Shown in pieces: positions 8,552 through 16,832 of a stretch of DNA of 29,997 nt. The position numbers and the translations under genes were made by a program. The DNA is taken from IMG/VR virus record IMGVR_UViG_3300032328_000745, positions 1 through 29,997 of that record; one strand, 5' to 3'. Within the stretch, counting starts at the first letter, position 1, and every line of letters begins with the position of its first letter. The notes under the pieces were generated by a model. It was not told the origin of the DNA and did no database searches. It was given only the letters and a program-made list of their open reading frames with translations. Origin of the DNA: a virus. Taxonomy: Duplodnaviria > Caudoviricetes.

Positions 8552-10204
8552 ATGAAAAACAAACTGAGCTTGTGCGTCATCACCGGCAATGCCGAGAACT
8601 ACATCAACCGCTTCCTCGATCATTTCGAGCGGATCGCCGACGAGATCATCGTGGTGCGGGCATGCGGCAACCAAGAGCCGGACAGAACGCTCGACATCGC
8701 AGCAGGCCGCAGGTGCAAGATCGGCGAGTATCTCAACTTCCACGACTGGCCGCACGTCGATGACTTCGCGGCAGCCCGCAACGCAGCCCTCGACCTTGCC
8801 ACCGGCGACTGGCTCATGTGGGCGGACACCGACGACACCATCACGCCGGAGGACTGCCTGACGATCCGGGCGATGCTGCCGCAGCTCGGTGACGACATCC
8901 AAGGCGTGCTCATGCCCTACGCAGTCCCCGACGATGGCATCACACTGCATCGAGAACGCCTCTGGAGGCGAGGCGCGGCGCGGTGGCACAATCCCATCCA
9001 TGAGTCGCTGAAATTCGCTCCTGACGTTCCTATGGCTCGTTTCGACAAGGTGCAGATCCTCCACCTCCCCCACGGCAAGCGCAAGTCCAGCAGCGACGAG
9101 CGCAACCTGCGGATCTTGCGGTCGATCCCCGAAGATGAGATCACAAGCAGCCAGCTTTTCTACACGATGCAGAGCGAGCGGGCACTCGGCCAGATCGAGG
9201 AGGCCACGGCCACCGCCGCCAAGTTGTGCATGGCCCCCGACGCAGGGCAGCCGGAACGCTACGAGGCGTTCCTCGTCATGGGGCAGATGGTGCCGGAGGC
9301 GGCGACACGCTCGCAGCTTTACCTGCAAGCCATCGCCGTTGACCCCGCCCGCCGCGAAGCCTACGCCGAGCTGGCGATGGAGGCACTCAAAGCCAACCAG
9401 TTTCCCCTGGCGCTCGGCTGGTCGGAAGTGATGACCTGCCTGCCCAAGCCATCGGCATGGTGGTGGAACAGCCGGAAGAAGTTCTACGGCTGGCAGGGCG
9501 TGCAGGTGCGCGGCATGTGCCTTCGGGCGAACGACCGCTACGAGGAGGCCGACGTCATCGAGGCCAACCATTTCGCACGGCACGGTGCGAAGATCAGCCT
9601 GCTCCACGCCACGCGCGGACGTCCGGCACAGGCCTACAAGGCGCGGGCAACATGGCTGGACAGGGCAGCAGACCCGGATGCGGTCGAGCATATCTACGCG
9701 CTCGATGCCGATGACGAGACAATCGGGCCATTCATCACCTGCCGCCACGTCATCAACCCTGGCGCTGGGCCGGTGGCAGCTTGGAACGAAGCAGCGAGAT
9801 TCTCCAAAGGCGAGATCCTAATCCAGCTCAGTGACGACTGGGAGCCACCGATGCACTGGGATAAGCTGATCCTTGCCAAATTCGCGGACAGACTGAGTGA
9901 GGCGGTTCTGGCTATCAGCGACGGTGCACGCGAGGACAATCTGCTTTGCATGGCGATCCTTAACCGCGCCCGCTACGAGAACCAAGGATACCTGTTTCAC
10001 CCTGAGTTTTTCAGCATGTTCAGCGACAACCACTTCACCGACCGAGCCTATGCCGACAACGTGGTGATCGATGCGAAGGACATCGTGATCGAACACCTAC
10101 ACCCGGCATTCGGCAAGGCGGACATGGATGAGACTTACGCCCGCAGCAACGACCCGGCGAACTACGAAGCAGGGCTGGCAACCTACGAAAAACTAAAGCC
10201 ATGA
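8552..10204 (+). CDS. Double glycosyltransferase: GT2 domain - TPR-like helices - second GT-A domain
   Basis: N-terminal LSLCVITGN, DFAAARNAAL, WADTDD; helical repeat middle (AIAVDPARREAYAELA); C-terminal ISLLHATRGRP, QLSDDW, FSDNHFT, HLHP. ATG 8552 preferred to 8504. Confidence 0.85.
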   Translation: MKNKLSLCVITGNAENYINRFLDHFERIADEIIVVRACGNQEPDRTLDIAAGRRCKIGEYLNFHDWPHVDDFAAARNAALDLATGDWLMWADTDDTITPEDCLTIRAMLPQLGDDIQGVLMPYAVPDDGITLHRERLWRRGAARWHNPIHESLKFAPDVPMARFDKVQILHLPHGKRKSSSDERNLRILRSIPEDEITSSQLFYTMQSERALGQIEEATATAAKLCMAPDAGQPERYEAFLVMGQMVPEAATRSQLYLQAIAVDPARREAYAELAMEALKANQFPLALGWSEVMTCLPKPSAWWWNSRKKFYGWQGVQVRGMCLRANDRYEEADVIEANHFARHGAKISLLHATRGRPAQAYKARATWLDRAADPDAVEHIYALDADDETIGPFITCRHVINPGAGPVAAWNEAARFSKGEILIQLSDDWEPPMHWDKLILAKFADRLSEAVLAISDGAREDNLLCMAILNRARYENQGYLFHPEFFSMFSDNHFTDRAYADNVVIDAKDIVIEHLHPAFGKADMDETYARSNDPANYEAGLATYEKLKP

Positions 10205-10416
10205 GTCACAAAGGCGACTGGCACCGGCTGGGCGATGGTCCGGCCTACCGAAACAACTACGACGCAATCTTTAGAAAGAAACCACATGATCCTATCCATA
10301 CTGACCCCGACGATACCGGGACGAGAGAAGCAGCTCCACGCCCTACAAACCCGCATCGAGGCTCAGAGTTCCGCGCCGAGGAGTTCGGGGCAGGTCGAGC
10401 ACCTAATCCTGAGTGA
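10201..10416 (+). CDS. Small hypothetical phage peptide (MSHKGDWHR...NYDAIFRKK)
   Basis: ATGA overlap with the upstream stop. The first ~27 aa resemble a short peptide pattern I recall in many phages; the remainder overlaps the next gene. Confidence 0.45.
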   Translation: MSHKGDWHRLGDGPAYRNNYDAIFRKKPHDPIHTDPDDTGTREAAPRPTNPHRGSEFRAEEFGAGRAPNPE

Positions 10417-10864
10417 CAACCGCACCCGCAGCATCGGAGCGAAGCGGCAGGCACTGCTCGACATCGCGCGTGGGCAATACATCGCCTTCGTCGATGACGA
10501 TGATGACATCGCGGATGGCTACGTCGCAGAGCTGCTGGCCGCCGCCGCCAGCGGTGCCGACGTGATCACGTTCCTGCAAGGGGCAACCTACAACGGCCAG
10601 CAAAGCGTGGTGGACTTTCAACTGGGGCAGGGCGATCATGCTTTTCAACCAGGCGGCATCACCAACCGCGATGCGTGGCACGTCAACGCATGGCGCAGAT
10701 CCCGCGTGGCGCACTGCCAGTTCGGCGAGTCGAACTACGGCGAAGACCTGACATGGTGCCAGCAAGCCCGCCGGATGGCAGAAACGACCGTCCACATCCC
10801 CAAGATCCTGCACTTCTACCGCCACGACGCAGCGACCACCGCCGCGCCGGAGCCTGTTCGGTAG
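10286..10864 (+). CDS. Glycosyltransferase family 2
   Basis: ILSILTPTIPGR, IGAKRQALLDIARGQYIAFVDDDD, GED motif; ATG at 10286. Confidence 0.88.
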   Translation: MILSILTPTIPGREKQLHALQTRIEAQSSAPRSSGQVEHLILSDNRTRSIGAKRQALLDIARGQYIAFVDDDDDIADGYVAELLAAAASGADVITFLQGATYNGQQSVVDFQLGQGDHAFQPGGITNRDAWHVNAWRRSRVAHCQFGESNYGEDLTWCQQARRMAETTVHIPKILHFYRHDAATTAAPEPVR

Positions 10865-10868
10865 AGTT

Positions 10869-10902
10869 TTGACTTTCGCCGCATTTCCGGCAACCCTCGG
10901 CT
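10869..10902 (+). promoter_or_regulatory. Late promoter motif copy 3 (TTGACT-17 bp-AACCCT-5 nt-ATG)
   Basis: TTGACTTTCGCC at 10869-10880, 34 nt before ATG 10903; fills the intergenic gap. Confidence 0.8.
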
Positions 10903-11238
10903 ATGTCCATTTTGAGCGATTTCATTGATACCGTCGCACCCATCGCTAGAACCGTGATCGGCGCGGAAACGCTATCCATTGCCGGTGGCACAGCCATCAG
11001 CGGGACTTACTCCGAAGCTCGACATTCACGGGATTACGAGGAAGGTGGATTTGAGCGGGACGCGATGCTTGATTTCGTAGTTGAAACACCCACGTTTTCG
11101 AACGCCTACACCGCAGCAATCGCCAGCTACCTCGGCAAAGCAGCCACAGGCCGTGGCGATACCTGGCGAGTTTCATCAATCAACAAAGGCGCGTTTTTCG
11201 TCACGGTGGGGCTGGTATCTACAAATAAATCGGCATGA
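10903..11238 (+). CDS. Putative head-closure protein (gpFII-like)
   Basis: 111 aa, beta-rich C-terminus (GDTWRVSSI), position between head and tail genes. Confidence 0.55.
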   Translation: MSILSDFIDTVAPIARTVIGAETLSIAGGTAISGTYSEARHSRDYEEGGFERDAMLDFVVETPTFSNAYTAAIASYLGKAATGRGDTWRVSSINKGAFFVTVGLVSTNKSA

Positions 11239-12002
11239 TAACCACAGACATAGACACCAAGGGTCTGGAGCGGCAAATCATGTCCATGGCTAAGGACTTC
11301 GGCGAGTCGAATGAATCGGCAATTTGTCGATGGGGTGTAGCTACCTGCCGCAGTCTAGTCAAAGGCACTCAGGCATGGGGAGATGGCACGGAAGCCAAAA
11401 AGAAACAGGAGGAGTCTATCAAAAAGGATGCGAACAGGGCGATTTACAGCGTTTCCAAGGGGACATACGTCAACGGGGTGGCAAGTGGAAAACTTTCAGG
11501 CTTAGTCATTAACGGCCAGCTTGTGACATTCACCCCGGATCGCATCTTAAAAACGCCAGAAGAAATCAATGCGTTTATAGATAGTAAGCAGACAAGCAAG
11601 CGCAACCGCGTGCCTACGATGAAGCGAAACGAGAGAGGTATCACATCAAGCGCAGCGATGACAAAGGCGCTTCGTATCCGATTCAAAAACTCAGGCAAAG
11701 CCAAGGGTGCATGGATCGGAGCCGGTCTAGCCATAGGAGCGAAACAACGCAAAGGATCGCGACTGACTATCGGCAAGAACGTGGCTGGATATGCCCACAA
11801 GTTCAAAGGAGGTGGAACCGCGCAGCTCATCGCCTCCCAATGGAACCCGATTGGGAAGATCACAAATAACATCTCCTACGTCTCAACCGATTACGTTCTC
11901 AAAAAATCCGATGCAACCGACGCGATAAACAACGGCGGTCGAATGACCGTCAAATGGTATGAATCCGCAATGGCAGCAAAGCTCAAACGAAAAACAAAAT
12001 GA
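11235..12002 (+). CDS. Putative neck/tail-completion protein
   Basis: Basic 255-aa protein starting IDTKGLERQI, in the slot of HK97 gp10/lambda gpZ-like genes. Confidence 0.5.
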   Translation: MITTDIDTKGLERQIMSMAKDFGESNESAICRWGVATCRSLVKGTQAWGDGTEAKKKQEESIKKDANRAIYSVSKGTYVNGVASGKLSGLVINGQLVTFTPDRILKTPEEINAFIDSKQTSKRNRVPTMKRNERGITSSAAMTKALRIRFKNSGKAKGAWIGAGLAIGAKQRKGSRLTIGKNVAGYAHKFKGGGTAQLIASQWNPIGKITNNISYVSTDYVLKKSDATDAINNGGRMTVKWYESAMAAKLKRKTK

Positions 12003-12421
12003 CAACTGACAAACTACTCGACGCATGGAAACGATGGATTCAGCGCGGAACCACCTTGCCGGTGGCGATGCGCGACACTGAGAATACAAAGGCATACCCA
12101 GGTATCTACATCGAGGGCGACAGCGTTTCCCGCTTTGAATCGGGCGGCGTGCAAGATGGCAACATCTACAAGATCGAATGGGAAACCAAGCTCGTCACCA
12201 CGCCCGGCGACGATGCGCAGCAAGCGACCAGCAAGGCCGCGCATGATGCTTTGCGCAACGATCTCTCTGAATATGTCGAATCAGAACAGGCGGAATTATG
12301 GATGGACGGGCAAATCGGAATCCGTGTATTTCAGCTACTCGCCAACACCCCCGAAACGACCGAGGCAGACGGATACCGTGTGACGACTTGGAAGCTGACG
12401 GCCATAGCTTGCCCAATTTGA
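11999..12421 (+). CDS. Putative tail terminator protein
   Basis: 140 aa acidic protein with YPGIYI motif, directly before the tail tube gene. Confidence 0.55.
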   Translation: MTTDKLLDAWKRWIQRGTTLPVAMRDTENTKAYPGIYIEGDSVSRFESGGVQDGNIYKIEWETKLVTTPGDDAQQATSKAAHDALRNDLSEYVESEQAELWMDGQIGIRVFQLLANTPETTEADGYRVTTWKLTAIACPI

Positions 12422-12452
12422 CTTTCGCCACGTTTGGCGGGAATCTTGATTC
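12418..12452 (+). promoter_or_regulatory. Late promoter motif copy 4 (TTGACT-17 bp-GAATCT-6 nt-ATG)
   Basis: TTGACTTTCGCC at 12418-12429 (its TGA is the upstream gene's stop), 35 nt before ATG 12453. Confidence 0.8.
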
Positions 12453-12878
12453 ATGGCCGCGCGCAACTTTTCCCTCGCCCGTTTTGGAACCGTCGATGAA
12501 TCTTCAGCGACTGGAGTTTTTCTTGGTGAAATCACCTACGATTACCAATCTGACAAGGTTGATATTAAAAACCACATCAGTTCCACGGTAGGATTTACGC
12601 TCGCAGATCCACGCACCGACATCAAACTTTCCGGCGTTGTGACGACCAAGACGGCAGGATTCACACCTGCCATCGCATCGGTTCTTACCCTTGCCAACAG
12701 TTCATCCGATACGCTCGGACTCAATACCAAGGGCATCTTTGGAACCGCAGTTGGAAACGCTGGCGTGGTCGTCTATGCAGCTAGCCTAAAGCGTGTGAAC
12801 AGCGATTTTGAGACTGGCGACTGCTCCGCGATCTTCCACCCAGAAGTTGTGACTAACGCACCAGTCAGCCTGACTTAA
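12453..12878 (+). CDS. Putative major tail (tube) protein
   Basis: 141 aa, Thr/Ser/Gly- and beta-rich; upstream of chaperone and tape measure; has its own promoter. Confidence 0.65.
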   Translation: MAARNFSLARFGTVDESSATGVFLGEITYDYQSDKVDIKNHISSTVGFTLADPRTDIKLSGVVTTKTAGFTPAIASVLTLANSSSDTLGLNTKGIFGTAVGNAGVVVYAASLKRVNSDFETGDCSAIFHPEVVTNAPVSLT

Positions 12879-12896
12879 AAACTTCCCCTATGAAAT

Positions 12897-13454
12897 ATGA
12901 CAGCCAACCTTTCCACCCATCGCACGGGTGACATCAATTTTTTCGCGGCGTGCATGACCATCGGCATCTCGCCGTGTTTTCCTGAGCCTTCCGAAGTAAT
13001 CCAGTCCGATGACGGGCATGATTATCTCTCGTTCCGTCTCAACCCATCCTCTGAATGTGGGCAATATGAGACGAGGGAAATTAACCGGGCATGGACGCAC
13101 AAGGAGTCTTTCCGCCGCGAGTTTCCATCCCATCCGTTCGTGCTGGTCATGGACTTTATCGACCACTCACGCGGAGCAAAATCAAAAGCTGATTGGATCG
13201 AGAAAGCGGCATCGTTCTTGGGCATCGCACGGGACAGCATACGCAAGGACTTGGATCGAGTTTCAGCATTGGAGCATGAGCTGCCCGAATCGCCTTTGAC
13301 CTACATATGCTGCTACATCGTGAACTGCTGGGCGGCAATCCACTGGGCGAAAACCGCCATCCCTAAAACCGTTGTGAATGCCGGGCCATCCATCGTGATG
13401 CTCGATGGCAAGCTGCCCAAGAATAAACAGCTTCAACTCCTTTCCTACCTATGA
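12897..13454 (+). CDS. Hypothetical protein
   Basis: 185-aa ORF filling the gap; ATGA overlap with the next gene. Confidence 0.7.
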   Translation: MTANLSTHRTGDINFFAACMTIGISPCFPEPSEVIQSDDGHDYLSFRLNPSSECGQYETREINRAWTHKESFRREFPSHPFVLVMDFIDHSRGAKSKADWIEKAASFLGIARDSIRKDLDRVSALEHELPESPLTYICCYIVNCWAAIHWAKTAIPKTVVNAGPSIVMLDGKLPKNKQLQLLSYL

Positions 13455-13834
13455 AATCAGCACCCGCATACGCAACACCGCAGACTGTCGCAGGCCATAA
13501 GGTCTATCCCTGCGCCTATGGCCACATCCATTGGCTTACCGAGCGAAAGAATCCATTGATGACCCAGAAAGGCAACGTAGACGATTACAGTCTGGCTGAA
13601 ATCTGCTTCGCCTTCACCACCGATCCCAAGAGCCTCCAGAACGTCAAAGGAGCGCAGGCAAAGGCACGGGTGACCACTTTCCTCATGGAGTCTACAAGCA
13701 AGGCTCTGGTGGCGCTCTGGACGCACGCCAGCAAGGAGATCGAGAGTTACTTCGCCAGCATGACCGTCCCAAAAAAAGCCCCGGCGCAGGCACTCAAAAA
13801 GCGCAAGCCTGCGACCCGTGCGCGGAAGCGGTAA
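13451..13834 (+). CDS. Tail assembly chaperone (gpG-like)
   Basis: 127 aa upstream of the tape measure with slippery sequence CCCAAAAAAAG near its 3' end. Confidence 0.75.
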   Translation: MKSAPAYATPQTVAGHKVYPCAYGHIHWLTERKNPLMTQKGNVDDYSLAEICFAFTTDPKSLQNVKGAQAKARVTTFLMESTSKALVALWTHASKEIESYFASMTVPKKAPAQALKKRKPATRARKR

Positions 13835-14043
13835 TCATCTACACCCTCGGCAAATCAAACTTAACCAGCGATCAACTCCTTTATGAACTCCCAGCAGCAT
13901 TCGTCAACCAGCTCATGTCCTGCGCTTGGATCGAGGCTGGCCGTGAGATCGAAGGCATCGAGCAACGCGGCAAGGTTGCCGAGGACATCACAGCCAAGCT
14001 CGCGGCAATAGCGAGACGACCCAAACCTAAATTCAACTTCTAA
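13768..14043 (+). CDS. -1 frameshift extension of tail assembly chaperone (gpGT-like; full product about 197 aa from 13451)
   Basis: Heptamers C CCA AAA (13768-13774) and A AAA AAA (13771-13777); -1 frame is open to TAA 14041-14043 (…AVIIYTLGKSNLTSDQLLYELPAAFVNQLMSCAW…KFNF). Confidence 0.8.
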   Translation, partial: PKKSPGAGTQKAQACDPCAEAVIIYTLGKSNLTSDQLLYELPAAFVNQLMSCAWIEAGREIEGIEQRGKVAEDITAKLAAIARRPKPKFNF

Positions 14044-14049
14044 AACATC

Positions 14050-15366
14050 ATGGCCATCAGCACCACGTTTACCCTTAAATTTGTCGGAGCCGCAGTCGAG
14101 CGCGGACTGGCTCGCGTGCAATCGTCTTTCAAGTCGCTTGGTGGCGTGGCGATGAAGGTCGGCAAGAGCCTGCTTTCACCGTTTGCAGCTCTGACTGCCC
14201 TGCTAGGAACTGGAGCATTGGCAGCCGGTTTAATGTCTTTCGTCAAAGGATCATCCGGAGCAGCCGCATCCATAGAGGATTTGACCATGCAATTCGAAAC
14301 GCTGACAAAATCCGCAAGCATTACGAAAGGACTCCTCGCCGAGTTCAGAAAAGAAGCTGCAAAATCGCCTCTTTCGATTGAGGATTACGCACAGGCTGGC
14401 AAGTTGCTTTTGAATTTCGGCACTAACGTAGATGACGTAATGCCGCGTCTAAAAACCCTAGCAGACGTATCAATGGGCAACTCCGACAGATTCGCTGGAC
14501 TTGCTTTGGCGTTTGCTCAGACCACGGCTAAAGGGAGGCTGATGGGGCAGGAGCTTAACCAGATGACAGAGCGTGGATTCAACCCGCTTCAAATCATTTC
14601 TAAAAAAACAGGAATATCAGTAGGTGACCTAATGAAGCGCATGGAAGAAGGAAAAATATCCATTAAAGCAGTAGCTGAGGCTTTCCGGATAGCCACAAGC
14701 GAAGGCGGCGATTTTTACCAAGCAATCGAAAAGGGTGCAAATACCACAAGCGGAAAAATAGCAAAAACCAAGGATTCAATTTTAGGCTTAAAAATTGCAT
14801 TTGGTGAAGGATTCAATGACGGGCTGAAAATCGCCTTGGATGCGGCAAATACAAAGCTGCCTGAGCTATTAGGTAAGTTTGCCGAGTTCGGGACATTGAT
14901 CGGAAAAACAATTTCCGACGCGGTTAACGGGGATAGTCAACGGCTAATTATGGTTGGAAGCCTGATTGGCGACTTGATCATTCAAGGATTGAAACTTTCA
15001 TTGCGTGGGGTGTCTGACATCATCGGGCAGTTTTACCTAGATACGGCTGAAAGTCAGAAATACAGCATTGTGGGAGCAGTATCGAGGCAATTCAAAGGAT
15101 CTGAGCTTCATCGTAAAGGCGCAGAGTCCCAGCGCAAAACAGCCATGCGAGAGTCCGCCGAATTGATTTCCAATAGATACAGGCAGGCAATAGAGCTACC
15201 GACCGCTCTTCCGAAAAAATCTGGCGCACATCCGAACATGCCTGGAATTAGCTATGCACCTGAAGGCTACGCAGGTCAAATGATGGACGAAAAAGGACAC
15301 AAAATCATGTTTGAGATCAAAAAAGGCATCGACTCACTTAATCAAAAACTATCCCCCCAACCCTAA
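14050..15366 (+). CDS. Tape measure protein (short, 438 aa)
   Basis: Tape-measure motif region LALAFAQTTAKGRLMGQELNQMTERGFNPLQ; helical Ala/Gly/Lys-rich; follows the frameshifted chaperone. Confidence 0.9.
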   Translation: MAISTTFTLKFVGAAVERGLARVQSSFKSLGGVAMKVGKSLLSPFAALTALLGTGALAAGLMSFVKGSSGAAASIEDLTMQFETLTKSASITKGLLAEFRKEAAKSPLSIEDYAQAGKLLLNFGTNVDDVMPRLKTLADVSMGNSDRFAGLALAFAQTTAKGRLMGQELNQMTERGFNPLQIISKKTGISVGDLMKRMEEGKISIKAVAEAFRIATSEGGDFYQAIEKGANTTSGKIAKTKDSILGLKIAFGEGFNDGLKIALDAANTKLPELLGKFAEFGTLIGKTISDAVNGDSQRLIMVGSLIGDLIIQGLKLSLRGVSDIIGQFYLDTAESQKYSIVGAVSRQFKGSELHRKGAESQRKTAMRESAELISNRYRQAIELPTALPKKSGAHPNMPGISYAPEGYAGQMMDEKGHKIMFEIKKGIDSLNQKLSPQP

Positions 15367-15369
15367 TCC

Positions 15370-16215
15370 ATGGCAATCGAACAGTTTCTCAGCTCGTCGA
15401 TCAAATGGGTTCCACAACCGGGATTTTCCCTTGTTTACACCGAGAACGGCGGCATTGAGGCATCGCAGGACGTCCTGATCCGCAACGCCGACATTTCGAC
15501 ATTGACGGTTTTCAATCGTGGCACCAGATGGGAAACCATTTTCCCCGAAGTTCCGACAATTTATCGTTATCTGACGATGAAAACTTTTGACCCGACAGAC
15601 CGGGGTGATGGTTTTTCAATCCTCAAATGCACGTTCACGGGGTATCAGTTTGTCGCCCCCGGATCGAGTGGGCTAGGGGATGAAGCTGTGCAATCAACCA
15701 GCACGCTTACCGGGCAACTTACAGCAGAGCCGCTTTCTACGCATCCAAAGTGGGTGGCTCTTGAAGACGCTCGTGATAAAGCATTCTTAGGCATGCAAAT
15801 CAATGGAGACATAAGCATGAATGCAGATATGACTTTGTGGGGGACATATCAGGAGGATACGGTATCACGAGTGTTTGTGCCGGTCATAGATAATGATGGC
15901 AATAGCTACCCGCCAACAGGGGACGCACTTATTTTTGCACAAATGATTGCTCAGGGCGACCAGACATATGACCGAGGCGGCTGGACATACAGCTATCACA
16001 CCGAGTCAGAAACAGGATTTACCTCTGCGCAGCTTAACTCACTAGGCAAGATCGTGGCCAACCCTCCCGGCAACCCAGTGAAGCCAGGAGCTGGCTGGAC
16101 ATGGATGCTTGCTTCACCGAGCCAATCACAATCGGGAGAAGATCGGTTCATCAAAACACTCGATTTCCGATTGATCCCAGATAACGATAAAAACCAGTTT
16201 CTTTACGAAGACTAA
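15370..16215 (+). CDS. Putative tail tip/distal tail protein
   Basis: 281 aa directly after tape measure; called by position only. Confidence 0.55.
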   Translation: MAIEQFLSSSIKWVPQPGFSLVYTENGGIEASQDVLIRNADISTLTVFNRGTRWETIFPEVPTIYRYLTMKTFDPTDRGDGFSILKCTFTGYQFVAPGSSGLGDEAVQSTSTLTGQLTAEPLSTHPKWVALEDARDKAFLGMQINGDISMNADMTLWGTYQEDTVSRVFVPVIDNDGNSYPPTGDALIFAQMIAQGDQTYDRGGWTYSYHTESETGFTSAQLNSLGKIVANPPGNPVKPGAGWTWMLASPSQSQSGEDRFIKTLDFRLIPDNDKNQFLYED

Positions 16216-16832
16216 TGAAATTAAGGCTACAAGGCAGCGTGACGATACCAAAGCGGCCATCCACGGTCGGAGGGCTGATAAGCTGGGCGCGTGGCGTCAA
16301 TCGAACCTTGCAGGAACTGCGAGACAGGAAGGTTGTTGGGGGGACTGCAAAAAAGGCAGGCTCTTCATCACCTGTCCCTCTCCATATACTTTCTCGGAAA
16401 CCCCCTTATATCGCGGAACCCGCTTCCCCCGTCACCTCGCCCGCAAAACGATATTTCATAGAGTGGGGGACAATTAACGAGATTGTCGCAACGAACTGGG
16501 ACGCCCATTTCGACCTCAGCGCCACTAGGTATTTCTTCGCGGAAATCACCTTCGTTGCCTCGGATCAGCTCAAAGTGGCTTCATGGCAGATACTCACCGG
16601 AGCAGCTTCTAACACCCACGTCACTCCCGACTGGGATGTAGGTGATCCGCGCCCCGCAAAGATGGTCATTCTTCTTGGGGTTGTCTCTGTAATCGGCACC
16701 ACTCACACCATTTCCCAGTCTGGGGCAGGATCTATTTCGGTGGGTGAGCAGATTACCACGATCAACCAGGGCGGGGCGGGCGAAACATTGATCGGCAAGC
16801 AGCTTGTTTATCAGCGACAAAACCACGAATGA
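16215..16832 (+). CDS. Putative tail protein
   Basis: 205-aa ORF with TAATG overlap, in the tail module. Confidence 0.5.
   Translation: MKLRLQGSVTIPKRPSTVGGLISWARGVNRTLQELRDRKVVGGTAKKAGSSSPVPLHILSRKPPYIAEPASPVTSPAKRYFIEWGTINEIVATNWDAHFDLSATRYFFAEITFVASDQLKVASWQILTGAASNTHVTPDWDVGDPRPAKMVILLGVVSVIGTTHTISQSGAGSISVGEQITTINQGGAGETLIGKQLVYQRQNHE

Noticed and set aside
8537-9748. 403-aa minus-strand ORF and other long antisense ORFs (e.g. 2612-3472, 7546-8109, 28603-29214, 29353-29853)
   Set aside because: They lie opposite well-supported + strand genes in GC-rich, codon-biased DNA and show no protein motifs; these are shadow ORFs.
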